Source of the DNA: Eledone cirrhosa
Lineage: Eukaryota
Length of the DNA: 64,000 bases
NCBI GenBank assembly: GCA_964016885.1
Contig: OZ024740.1
Coordinates: 286,502,001 to 286,566,000 of the forward strand
Reading direction: 5' to 3'
The position numbers were made by a program, and so were the translations under genes. The notes below the pieces were generated by a model that made no database searches, was not told the origin of the DNA, and saw only the letters and a program-made list of their open reading frames with translations. This document shows, in pieces, positions 52,623 through 64,000 of the stretch; within the stretch, counting starts at the first letter, position 1, and each line of letters opens with the position of its first letter.

Positions 52623-54925
52623 AGCTATAAGGACCAGATCATCTGCATAGAGAAGTTCCCATGGGCAGCCTAGAGAATTACATGGCTTGCACTGCTCTCA
52701 CCAGCCATTCTTCTGCACTTAATTTCCTTAAGGACCACCAGATAATTGATGAAGGTACTCTGTCAGAGGCCTGTTCTAAATCAACGAAAGTTAGGTATAG
52801 TGCCTTATTTTTTACTTGGATTTTTTCCTGTAATTACCTCACTAAAAAGGGGGCATCTGTAGTACTTTTCCCAGGCATGAAACCAAACTGCATCTTGACT
52901 GATTTGACTCTTTCCTTAAATAGCTGTGTTATAACTCTTTCTGTCACTTTCAAAACTTGGTCCTTTAGTTTTATTCCTCTATAGTTGCTCCTTTCTAAAA
53001 CATCACCTTTACACTTGTAGCAATTTATGATTGTACTGCTGCACTAGTCATTGGGTATGACACTGTCCTGTATTACCAGATTGACTATGTGGGTTACTAG
53101 TTTTTGTCCTGCAGCTTTATAATTTTTCATCTCTTCGATTGCTTTTTTAACCCTATAACTGCTGACGAAGAAGGGTTTCTCCCTGCGTACGAAAGGCCGG
53201 TTGTATGATGCCTGTGTGAGGAGCACGATGCTGCATGGTAGTGAGACATAGGCAACTGCAGAGGATATGCAACGGCTGGAGAGAAATGAGGCAAGCATGC
53301 TCCGTTGGATGTGCAGTGTAAATGTGCATGAACGTCCCAGCATAAATGTGTTGAGAGAGAAACTGTGTCTGAGAGGGATAGAATGTAGTGTACGGGAGAG
53401 GAGACTGAGGTGGTATGGACATGTGATGCGCATGGAGGATGACCGATGGGTGAAGAAATGCCAGGAAATGCCAGTTGAAGGAAGACGTGGTAGAGGTAGA
53501 CCACGAAAAACATGGGCGGAGGTGGTGAGAACAGACCTCAGATCATGGAAGCTCACGGTGGAGATGACGAAGGACCGTGACGAGTGGAGAGATGCTGTGC
53601 TGAATAAGACCCGTCCCACCCTTGCAAGCAGGGAAAAGCGGACGTAAAATGATGATGATGATGATGATGATGAACTGTCACCTTCAATGGCTGGTCCTTT
53701 TTTTTGAGCATCAGTGGTGCTAAATACATTAGTGTCATTTCTAACACACTTTTCCTCAACAACATCATCATTTACACTGATACACTGCCTTGCAAAGCAG
53801 AACACTTTGTGTCTCTTATCCTCATGTCTCGGCACATTGGCAAACTTTCTTTCTTCAGCCTCTCTCTGAGCTGTGTCCTCTAACTTCTCTTTTAGCTACC
53901 TGGTACTGGTCTCTGCTACCCTATTCCATGCCTTTCTCTTGGTTTTAGTGACTCTGTCCACTAAGCTATTCCACCACCAGGTCAACCTCTGTCTGGTTGG
54001 TGCTCTACTCCAGCCACAAGTCTTGTCAGTTGTTCGCAAAAGGTTGTCACAAGAATTTCCAGTTGTCCTCTATGCCATATGTATCCAGCTTGTCACCTCT
54101 CCCATCAAATGCATCCCATAGGGCCTTTCTAAACCTATATTTAACCAAAAAGCTCTTTAGTTTCCAAACCCTCCATCTCCGTATTTTCCTGTGTATCTTG
54201 TTCTGTCTAATGCCTATTTTGATGTCACTAATAACTAACTTGTGTTGGGGGGTGCATTCTTCCACAGGGATGGCCTTAGTATTTATTACAGTCTGTTAAT
54301 CTCATCTTGCAAGTAATCAATTTGACTATTGTGTTCGCCTGCTTGATATGAGATCAAGTGGCTGGCTGGTTTCCTGAAATTTGTGTTACAAATGGTGAGT
54401 TCATGTGCGTCACAGAATTCCCTATTCATTTCTTGAGTCATAACCATAACCACTGTGAACTCTACTGAATCTGTCCTGGTACTGCCCCACTTGTCCGTTG
54501 AAGTCGCCTGCCAGGATGATGAGGTCACCTTTATCGGTACCTGAAGTCATCTGGAAAAGTTCTTCATAGAACCTGTCTTTTTGTTCTTTACTCAGTCCTA
54601 CCTTCGAGGCATAGGCAGATGTAATTGTCCCCATTTTATTTCCTACTGCTATCCTAAACTTGATAACTCTGTCGCTTACTCTAACTACTTCTATTACTTT
54701 ATCTATCCATCTCTCAGCTCGTAAGATGCCTACACCTCCTACCGCAATGCCAGTTCCTATTCAGTAAAGCTTTTATCTATGCTGTTTGCCTGTCAGTAGT
54801 TTTACTGAGGCACCCCTCCATCTCACCACCTCTACATAGCATATATCCACTTCTCTCCTCTTTAACAGTTCCTTAATTTCACCCGATTGAGGGTGGCAGT
54901 CCTGAGTTTTGTACCTTGCCAGTTG
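52622..54925 (-). mobile_element. Old RTE LINE (EN to YADD), internally deleted
   Basis: TITSAYA..VG, ILAGDFNG, QIDY, ECTPQHKLVI, NYRGIKL, ELLYADDLVLIAE. Confidence 0.88.
53162..53672 (+). mobile_element. RTE family A 3' fragment inserted antisense into the old RTE
   Basis: Nearly identical to 25968-26480; aactg duplication at both ends. Confidence 0.92.
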
Positions 54926-57639
54926 TTCTATATATATATATATATATATATATCATCATCATCATCATCATCAACGTTTAACGTCCGTGTTCCACGCTTG
55001 CATGGGTTTGGACGGGGGTAGTCCCACTTGAAGCAAGAGTGATTGTCTTGCTCGCATAGGACTGTCTGGCAGGTTTTCTACAGTTGGATGCCCTTCCTAA
55101 CACCAACCACATTTACAGTGTGGGTCTGGGAGGTTTTTACCGTGTTGCCTACACGGCCACATTACAGCGTGGACTGTGTGTTTTTTTGTCGTGACACCTA
55201 CATGATCTCATTTGTTTCGGCCTGGATGGCGCGGCACCAACATAACTTTACATAGAACGGGGTGGTGTGGATGGGGTGGGGGTGGGGGTGGTGGGACGGG
55301 GTGTATTTTGTTAGAGATGCCTACTGGCAAGGCGGGTCTTCTCTGTTACTGAGTACCGCCAAAGGTCTCGGTCCAGTGACATTGTCTTGGAGAGGTGTAA
55401 GTGTGTGAGGTCGGAGTTTATCAGCTTGTCCCAGGTTTTTCTAGGTCTGCCTATTCCGTGACTACCGTCTATCTTTATTGCCCTGCACTTTGTTATACAG
55501 CTATCGACTTTCATGCGCATCACGTGTCCATACCAACGTAGCCTTCTCTCGAGTAAACAACATCTGATCCCTCTTATTTCTAATTTTGTCCTTAGTTCGT
55601 TTATGCTTTGCCGTTCACGTATATTACTGTTACACATCCAGCGGAGCATGCAAGCTTCGTTCCTCTCTAGTCTGCGTATATATATATATATATATATATA
55701 TATCACATAGTAGATAAGTGGTCACTACTCCTTCCCATGCAGAGTACTACCCAGATTTGTGGTCTCCCCAGTCTTGGCACCACAGACGTTCAATATATAT
55801 ATATATATATACCCTCTAATGACGATATGATCATCTATTCTTTGCTTAAATGATGGAATGGTTGGAAAGCCATAAGCTGCTTGCTTTGAGAGATTATCTT
55901 GTATTATGTCAGTAAGGTGAAGTAATTGTGCCAAACATCTCTCTCAGATCTTTATTCTTTGGTTATATTCATTGAATGGATTACTCTCTCACACATACAC
56001 ACACATATGCATGTATATATATATATATATATGCACAAATACATAATAGCATTAACAGCCATGACTGAGCTGTATGAATATATGTATATATATCATATGT
56101 ATATATATATGTATATATATCATCATCAACACCACTGTTTAACAGCTATCTTTATGAGACAAGTTAGGTCAGGTGACCACATCTTGCTCATAAGAAACTG
56201 TATTTTCTCTTGAATTCTACAGCTGGATGCCCTTCCTATTCAGCAACCACCTTACAGTGTGTTCTCATTGCACTTATTATGTAGAGAGGTTGCACTGGAG
56301 AGGTTGTCGCACCGTTGATGCAGCTGTGTATGCATATATGTAACACCTACAGAGTTGCTTCACCACCTGGTGAGACATTGACTCCTGCATTTGGAGACAG
56401 AGTACAGCTGCACTCTCAGCAGACAAGTATATATATATCATGCACCCATTTTCACCCTTTAAAGAGGTTGGCAACAAGTAGGGCATTCTGCTATAAAAAC
56501 CATGCCAGTACATCACAGAGATTATGGGTGTGCTTAAAGGTGGTGGTGAGTGGGTTGGGAAAGAAGCGAGAAGTGATGGATCAGAAGAATGTGTGGAAAC
56601 AAAGGCACTGGAGAGGTGGGGTTTCGTGTGTTGGGAGGGGAGTGAGAGGATTGTGGTATGGTCGGTTTAACAATATTTTATACAGTTTATGTTTACGAGA
56701 CAAAATTGCCTCAGGTTTTTTTTTTTATACATTCGTTGGCATAAAGGATTTCCAGGGCTTCAGTGGCACAAAGATTACAAGGTCTTTTATTTCCATTATA
56801 CAATCTAGCTTTAGCTAAGATTTCCCAGCGTAACCTATATCAGATGTTATTGTCTTTTAAACTCCAAATACACGCTGAAAGTGAAATCATATTCCTTATT
56901 GAAGGATTTTGAAATGAATGAGTATGCATGTGTAAACACTGCTTAAATCTATTGGCTGTTAGCCTTATGTAAGCCTTACTAGTAGTGGATATATCAACCT
57001 TACATTTAAACAATATTGTTTGATAGGCATTTCCCAGCTAGAGGGCAGTAATCCCTATTGATACAATTGCAGCTAGAACTAACTTCAAGATTGTGTATAT
57101 TACTATGGCTAGGTAATTTAGCTAAGTTACATGCAGCAATGTTGTGTGCAAGGTTGGGAGTTGTGGAATAGGATATTTTAACTGTTTCTAATAAAAAATC
57201 TTATGATATTTATGTGCTAAGAGGAAATGCTTCCTAATTAATGTAAGGAAAGCTTTAGCTATTGGTGTAGCCACTTCCATGTTTTATGGTAGATTAAATC
57301 ATATAAATGTGTCTAGATATATTTTCTTAGTTTTGTGCTCATATTTAGAGTATTCTACCTTATCTAGAAATCCGCCCTGAGCTAGAGCTTCTTTGTAATA
57401 TGTGGAATGGTCGATGAAAATATGTATGTATGTGATTATATAAATATGTATGTATATATATATATATGTATATTGTATGTATATGTATGTATATTGTATG
57501 TATGTATGTAAGTATATTGTATGTATATATATATGTATATATGTGTATATATATATATGCATATGTAATATATATATATATATGTAATATATATATATAT
57601 ATGTATATATATATGTATGTATATATATATGTATATATT

Positions 57640-58242
57640 ATGTCAGGTCACCACTTGGTGCTATGGTAACATGTATTCCAGTACAACCTGTCCCATGGTC
57701 GGGTCGTTGGCGACTAAACTGGCAACCCCACCAAGGTTTCTTGGTGAGGAGGGTGACTTTGGACATCCTGCAGGACTAAAAACAAAACCTGTCAAAGGGC
57801 AAAGGAGCTCTTAAGAGTCAATGGCCATCCAAAATCACCGGGAGAGATGACCCCTTTGCCTTTGTCAGGGTAGAATTCTAGGAGAAGGAAAACTCTGATA
57901 TAATACCTGCAACCCTGATGGTATCCAATGATGCTGACTTGTTCTTTTTGGTAAATATCATCTTGGTTAAGAGAGTGGGACTGGCTTTGTGCAGTGCCTT
58001 TGCCCACTATAAAAGCTTCACGGCACAGGCATTGCTTTATATCTCGAGATCTCTCTGCACTTGTCGTCACATGGTACCATGGGCCCAGCACTGTGTCAAT
58101 AATTGTCACAAGTGTAGTGTTTGTATCAGAGTTTTCAAGTCGCTGGCTGGACTAAAAAGTCACACTCGTCAGCGCATCGGTAGGGGTTCTCCTACATGGA
58201 TATAAAGTAGTGGCCGTACTCGAAAACGAGTTGGCAGCCACC
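57640..58242 (+). mobile_element. Non-autonomous bipartite RTE-derived element (5' UTR-like part plus zinc-finger/3' hairpin end), copy 1
   Basis: ctaggagaaggaaaactctg (RTE 5' UTR-type motif), [19 protein letters not shown], terminal hairpin actcg-aaaa-cgagt; in (TA)n. Confidence 0.75.
57660..57722 (+). ncRNA. Candidate HDV-like self-cleaving ribozyme
   Basis: P1 gctatgg/ccatggt with G.U first pair, P2 ccagt/actgg, P3 aca/tgt, GG, P4 tcg-ttgg-cga, J4/2 CTAA; L3 is atypically short. Confidence 0.45.
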
Positions 58243-58274
<32 letters not shown>

Positions 58275-58430
58275 GTATATATATGTATGTATATATATAT
58301 GCATGTATTATATATGTATATATATATATGTATGTTTATATATGTATATATATATATGTATGTATGTTTATATATGTGTGTATGTTTATATATATATATA
58401 TGTATATATGTATATATATATATGTATGTA

Positions 58431-58470
<40 letters not shown>

Positions 58471-58471
<1 letters not shown>

Positions 58472-58927
58472 CAAAGGGCAAAGGAGCTCTTAAGAGTCAA
58501 TGGCCATCCAAAATCACCGGGAGAGATGACCCCTTAGCCTTTGTCAATGCAGAATTCTAGGAGAAGGAAAACTCTGATATAACACCTGCAACCCTGATGG
58601 TATCCAATGATGTTGACTTGTTCTTCTTTTTGGTAAATATCATCTTGGTTAAGAGAGTGGGACTGGCTTTGTGCAGTGCCTTTGCTCACTATAAAAGCTT
58701 CACGGCACAGGCATTGCTTTATATCTGGAGATCTCTCTGCACTTGTCATCACAGGGTACAATGGGCCCAGCACTATGTGTCGATAATTGTCACAAGTGTA
58801 GTGTTTGTACCAGATTTTTCAAGTCGCTGGCTGGACTAAAAAGTCATAGTCGTTCAGCGCATCGGTAGGGGTTCTCCTACATGGATATAAAGTAGTGGCC
58901 ATAGTTGAAAACAAGTTGGCAGCCACC
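58471..58927 (+). mobile_element. Same bipartite element, 5'-truncated copy 2
   Basis: Aligns with 57792-58242. Confidence 0.85.
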
Positions 58928-58970
58928 ATATATATATATATATATATGTATGTATATATGTATGTATGTA

Positions 58971-59041
<71 letters not shown>

Positions 59042-59106
59042 GTATGTATGTATATATGCATGTATGTATGTATATATGTATGTATGTATATATGTATGTA
59101 TATATG

Positions 59107-59138
<32 letters not shown>

Positions 59139-59171
59139 TAGGTATGTATATATGTATGTATATATATATAT

Positions 59172-62100
59172 ATTGTCCTGGGTATGACATTAAACTACAT
59201 CCAGTGGCAAGGCTCCAGTTCGGGAGTTCAGGAGTTGTGGGGAATGTGGAGTTACCCTTAGTTGTCATAACTCCCAGGTCTGCTCTGGCCCGGAGTAGTA
59301 GTACCTGTTAGGGCTCCATTTATGGATTAAATAACTACCTTATTCGAGTGGCGCCGGTAAGGTATTGTCAGCCATTGAAAAGAAATATGGAGAGTCGATC
59401 TAACAGCACTAGGGTTAGAGCCCCTAATTACACTGTCAAGGAGCAGTCTGGTCGTTATGACTCTGCTGGCTTAGAGCCACAGGGAGGGCCAGTGGATGGT
59501 GGATCAGCTGTCTCTGAGACAAATATAAAGAATGCAGTTTTGTTCTGCAGAAGAGCCATCAAAATGGGCACTTTGAATGTGAGGACTATTCGGACGCTGG
59601 AGAAGAGAGAGGAGTTGGGTCATCTGTTCGAGGAGAGTGGTATACAGATACTTGCAATCCCAAAACACAGGATCCTACATGATGAGCCCGTGAGGAGTGT
59701 GATGATCGGGAGGAAGAGCCAGCTCATCACCACATCGGCAGTGAGGAACATGACCAATGCTGCAGTGGGAAGAGTGGGTTTTGTTTTCAGCACAAAAACC
59801 AGTCTATTGGTGAGGGAAATAATGCCTGTCTCCCCGCGAGTGTTGAGGGTGACCTTCAATGGAAACCCAAGACTGACATTCATCTCAGCCTATAGTCCAA
59901 CCGAGGGGGACAGTGATGTGAGTGCGGAAGTGTTCCATGAGGAAGTGTGTAGAGCTGTCAACACCACTCAGGCACACAACATCCTTCTTGTTTTGGGGAA
60001 CTTCAATGCACATCTGAGTAAGGAGGGCAGTGAAGATCCTTGCTGATACTTCCATAACAACACCAACCGAAATGGAAGACTACTGAGAGACACGCTGCTG
60101 GAGGCGAACTTGATAGCGACCAACCTAAGGTTTAGGAAGAATCTGGGGAAGATGTGGACCTACATCTCAGATATGCACCTGTCCAAGTCCCAGATTGATT
60201 TCATTCTGGTGAGGAAAAAGTGGCAGAATAGTGTTCTGAACACAGAACCATACAACTATTTCAGTACACTGGGTAGTGACCACCGGCTTATTATGAGTGA
60301 GGTCCGGGTGAGCTTAAGAAAGAGCAAGGCTCAGCCCCGGAGAGCAATCTATGACTGGGGAGCTTTCAAGGAAGATGATAAGCTACAGGAGAGGTTCACA
60401 GTGGAAGTGAGGAACAGGTTCAGTGCTCTGTGTGGAGAGTCAGAGGAGAGAGAGATTGGATGGACTGAGGAGAGTGTGACGAGGAGGTACGGGCACTTCA
60501 CCAATGCAGTGGTGGAAGCAAGTGAAACCATGATGCCGAGGAAAGAGAACAAAAGGAAGCACGTCAGCTCTGCAAACCCAAAAGTGTGTGCAGCCAGAGA
60601 ACACCTGAAAGCTGCCAAGGACCAATTCAATGATGATCCTACGGAGGAGAGGATGGAGACTGTGGAGGTGATGAGGGAAGAACTCTGTACCGCTTACACT
60701 GAGGCCAGAGAGGAGGCACTGATAGAGAAGATCAGAAGTGTGGAGAGAGCGGTTGACAGATCTGGATGTAAGGAGAGCTGGATGATCATCAGCGAGATCA
60801 CAGGGAGGAAGAGAAGGTGTTCGAGTCAGATCCAGGAAACGGGGCTCAAGGATAGGAAGAGGAAATGGCTAGACCATTTTAGGACCCTACTAGGAGAGCC
60901 ACCCTCCACAGCCCAGAGCACTGGGGAGATCAGGCGGCTGTTTGAAGAACTGGATATTGAGACAGAGCCCTTCACCAGAGAGGAGCTTCAGAGAGCCAAG
61001 AAGAGGATCAAGAAAGGGCAAGGCTTATGGAGAAGATGGAGTGGTATCAGAGGTGATGAAGAGGTGTGATTTTGATGATATCATCCTGGGGTTCTGTAAC
61101 CGAGCACTGGAGAAAGGAGTTGCCCCGAATCAGTGGAGGATCAGTAACATCGTCCCAGTGCCAAAGAAGGGAGATCTCTCTAACACCAACAACTACAGGG
61201 GGATCTCACTGACGTCACTTGTGGCAAAGACCCTCAACAGGATGATTCTTAACAGGATCCAGCCTGAGATGGAGAAGAACCTCAGGGACAACCAGAACGG
61301 CTTCAGAGAGGGAAGATCAACCACCAGTCACATCCTGATGCTGGAGAGTATATTAGAGGGAGCTAGAGCAAAGTGCCTTCCTGCGGTCATGGTTTTCATT
61401 GACTTTAGGAAGGCCTTTGATTCTGTGGACCGTCACTGCCTGATGAAGATCTTACAGGCTTATGGAATCCCCAAGAAGATAGTGGACCTGATATCACTGC
61501 TCTACACCAATACCAAAGCCCAAGTCATTACACCTGATGGGATGACAGAGTTCTTTGAGATACTGGCTGGAGTGCTCCAGAGAGATGCATTGGCTCCCTA
61601 CCTTTTTATCATCATGGTGGACTATTGTATGCGCCTTGCACTGGAGAAACACCAGGACTCTGGCTTTACTGTAGCACCGGCTCAGAGCAGGAGAGTTAAG
61701 GCGAAAAAGGTATCAGATGCTGAATTTGCCGACGACATAGTTTTGGTGACAAATACAGTGAAGGAGGCAGAGGATTTGATGCGGGAGGTTGAGACTGTGT
61801 CGATGAGTGTGGGGCTGAGAATGAATGAGACTAAAACAAAATATCTGGTAGAGAATGTTGAGAAGCCAGAGGGGATCACTAATGTAGGCGGGAAGCCACT
61901 AGAATTGGTTGAGGGCTTCCTGTATTTGGGAGCAAAGATTGGGAATACGGAAGATGATGTGGTTGAGAGGAAGTGCAAAGCCTGGGCGGCGTGCCACAGT
62001 TTGAGATTGGTGTTGAAATCGGACCTTCGTAAAGACCTGAAAATCCACCTCTTCATTGCTGTAGTGGAGTCTGTGTGGCTGTACGAGTCTGAGACTTGGA

Positions 62101-62470
62101 CACTGACCAAGAAACTCACTCAGATGGTGGATGGGTGCTACACGAGAATGCTGAGGATGGCTCTGAACATTAATCAGTATACACTGAGGATGAAAAACTC
62201 AGAGCTGTATGGGAGCCTCCCAAAAGTCAGTTCAAAAGTGACACAGAGGAGACTGAGGTTAGCTGGACATGCTCACCGACATCCAGAGTTGACATTGCAC
62301 TCAGTGCTCCTGTGGGAGCCCCGACATCGACACACTGGAAGAGGAAGACCAAGGTTAACATATATTGATGCCCTAAGGACAGACACTGGTCTGTTAGAGA
62401 CGCAGGACATGGCAGCGATAATGAGGGACAGAGAACTCGTCCATGGATCTCGGGAATTTTACCCGCCCTA
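59172..62470 (+). mobile_element. Near full-length RTE/RTEX-type LINE (structured 5' UTR, EN, RT), one stop and one frameshift evident
   Basis: MGTLNVRT, FISAYSPT, LGNFNA, QIDFIL, SDH; NYRGISL, QNGFR, FIDFRKAFD, FADD, FLYLG, RLRLAGH, GRPRLTY; flanked by TA-rich repeats. Confidence 0.93.
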
Positions 62471-62716
62471 GATATAGATATATATATATGTATGTATATA
62501 TATATATGTATGTATATATATATATGTATATATATATATGTGTGTATATATATATGTATGTATATATATATATATATATGTATGTATATATATATGTATG
62601 TATATATATATGTATGTATATATATATATATGTATATATTTGTAAGTATATATATGTGTATGTATATATACACATATATACATAAATATACATACACTAT
62701 ACATATATATACGTAA

Positions 62717-63190
62717 GGTCGTCGGTGACTAAACCGGCAACCACACCAAGTTTACTTGGTGAGGAGGGTGATTTTGGACACCCTACAGGACAAAAAGCAA
62801 AACTTGACAAAGGGCGGAAGAACTCAAAAAAGTCAACGGCCATCCAAAACTGTGTAAATACGTATATACACATGTACCGCGTGGTTAAACCACTGGGAAT
62901 GAAGGATCCCTAGCCTTTGTTAGGGCATTCTTCTAGGAGAAGGCAACTCAGGAAACTGGGATAACTCCAATATAAAACCTGCGGCTCAGTAGTTACCGAT
63001 GATGTTGGTCTTTTTTTCTTTTCAGGTTACAGCTACTGTCGCTCAGGGAGTGGGATTGGCTCAGTGCACAGTCTTTCCTCAATTTAAAAAATATCTTCAC
63101 GCACAGGCATTGCACGATAGAATTAATTAATAATTATTAATAATGGTATATTGTGCAATGGCCATACTCGATAACGAGGGGGCAGCCATC
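62717..63190 (+). mobile_element. Diverged relative of the bipartite element, copy 3 (lacks the zinc-finger segment)
   Basis: ggtcgtcggtgactaaaccggcaac...caccaag/cttggtg hairpin, ctaggagaaggcaactc, 3' ctcg-ataa-cgag..ggcagcca. Confidence 0.75.
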
Positions 63191-63676
63191 ATGTATATAT
63201 ATATGTATGTATATGCATGTGTATGTATATGTATGTGTATATATATATATAATTCCGACTTCACAGACTTACACCTCTCCAAGACAGTGTCACTGGACCA
63301 AGATCTTTGGCGCTACACAGTAATACAGAAGACCCGCCTTAGTTAAGTACAAAGTGAAACCTACTACAGTCAGTAGGCACCTCTAACAAAAATACACCCC
63401 CGTCCCACTACCCCCACCCCATCCACACCAGCCCTTTCAATGTAAAGTTATGTTGGTACCACAACATCCAGTCCGAAACAAATGAGGTCGTGTAGGTGTC
63501 ACGACAAAAAACCTCCCAGTCCACTCTGTAAACGTGGTTGGTGTTAGGAAGGGCATCCAGCCGTAGAAAACCCGCCAGACAGTCCTATGCGAGCAAGACA
63601 ACCACTCTTGCCTCAAGTGGGAAAACTCCCATCCAAACCCATGCAAGCGTGGAAAATGGACGTTAAACGATGATGA

Positions 63677-63679
<3 letters not shown>

Positions 63680-63722
<43 letters not shown>

Positions 63723-64000
63723 ATGTATGTATAAATATATGTATGTATATGTATGTATAAATATATGTATGTATATGTATGTATATATATATATGTATGT
63801 ATATGTATGTATATATATATGTATGTATATGTATGTATATATATATATATATGTATGTGTATGTATGTATATATGTATGTATGTATGTATATATGTATGT
63901 ATATGTATGTATGTATATGTATGTATATGTATATGTATGTATATATGTATATGTATATATATGTATGTATGTATATATATGTATATATATATAAGTATGT
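63680..64000. repeat. (TA)n/(TATG)n low-complexity tract (similar tracts at 57420-57640, 58243-58470, 58928-59171, 62471-62712)
   Basis: Direct inspection. Confidence 0.97.

Noticed and set aside
57299-64000. Many Y/I/M/C/V-rich ORFs, and H/T or C/V ORFs at 11260-11557 and 15542-15817
   Set aside because: Translations of (TA)n, (TATG)n and (CA)n microsatellites.

Overview
Eukaryotic, AT-rich, repeat-saturated DNA. The SINE, LINE and microsatellite repertoire and the 5S sequence point to an octopod cephalopod (inference). No host protein-coding gene can be confidently called; the long ORFs are transposon-derived or microsatellite artefacts. Non-LTR retroelements: a rearranged L1/Tx1 element with a Dong/R4 element in its (ATT)n tail, at least four RTE families (two with a PHD finger inside the RT), and CRE, CR1-like and Penelope-like pieces. 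Also present: tRNA-derived SINEs, hAT/pogo/piggyBac-like MITEs, mariner relics and Helitron-like ends. The most interesting signals are RNA-level. (1) A retrocopied 5S rRNA fused to a SINE inside a fold-back flanked by an inverted 21-bp duplication (8576-9130). (2) A non-coding RTE-derived element, three copies in (TA)n, headed by a candidate HDV-like ribozyme (57660-57722). (3) Several minimal type I hammerhead motifs in Penelope-type terminal repeats, including an inverted pair (16902-17470). A CpG-retaining island (~27.7-29.9 kb) and isolated splice signals hint at a host transcription unit with very long introns, but this is weak. All folds were paired by eye and no database search was run.
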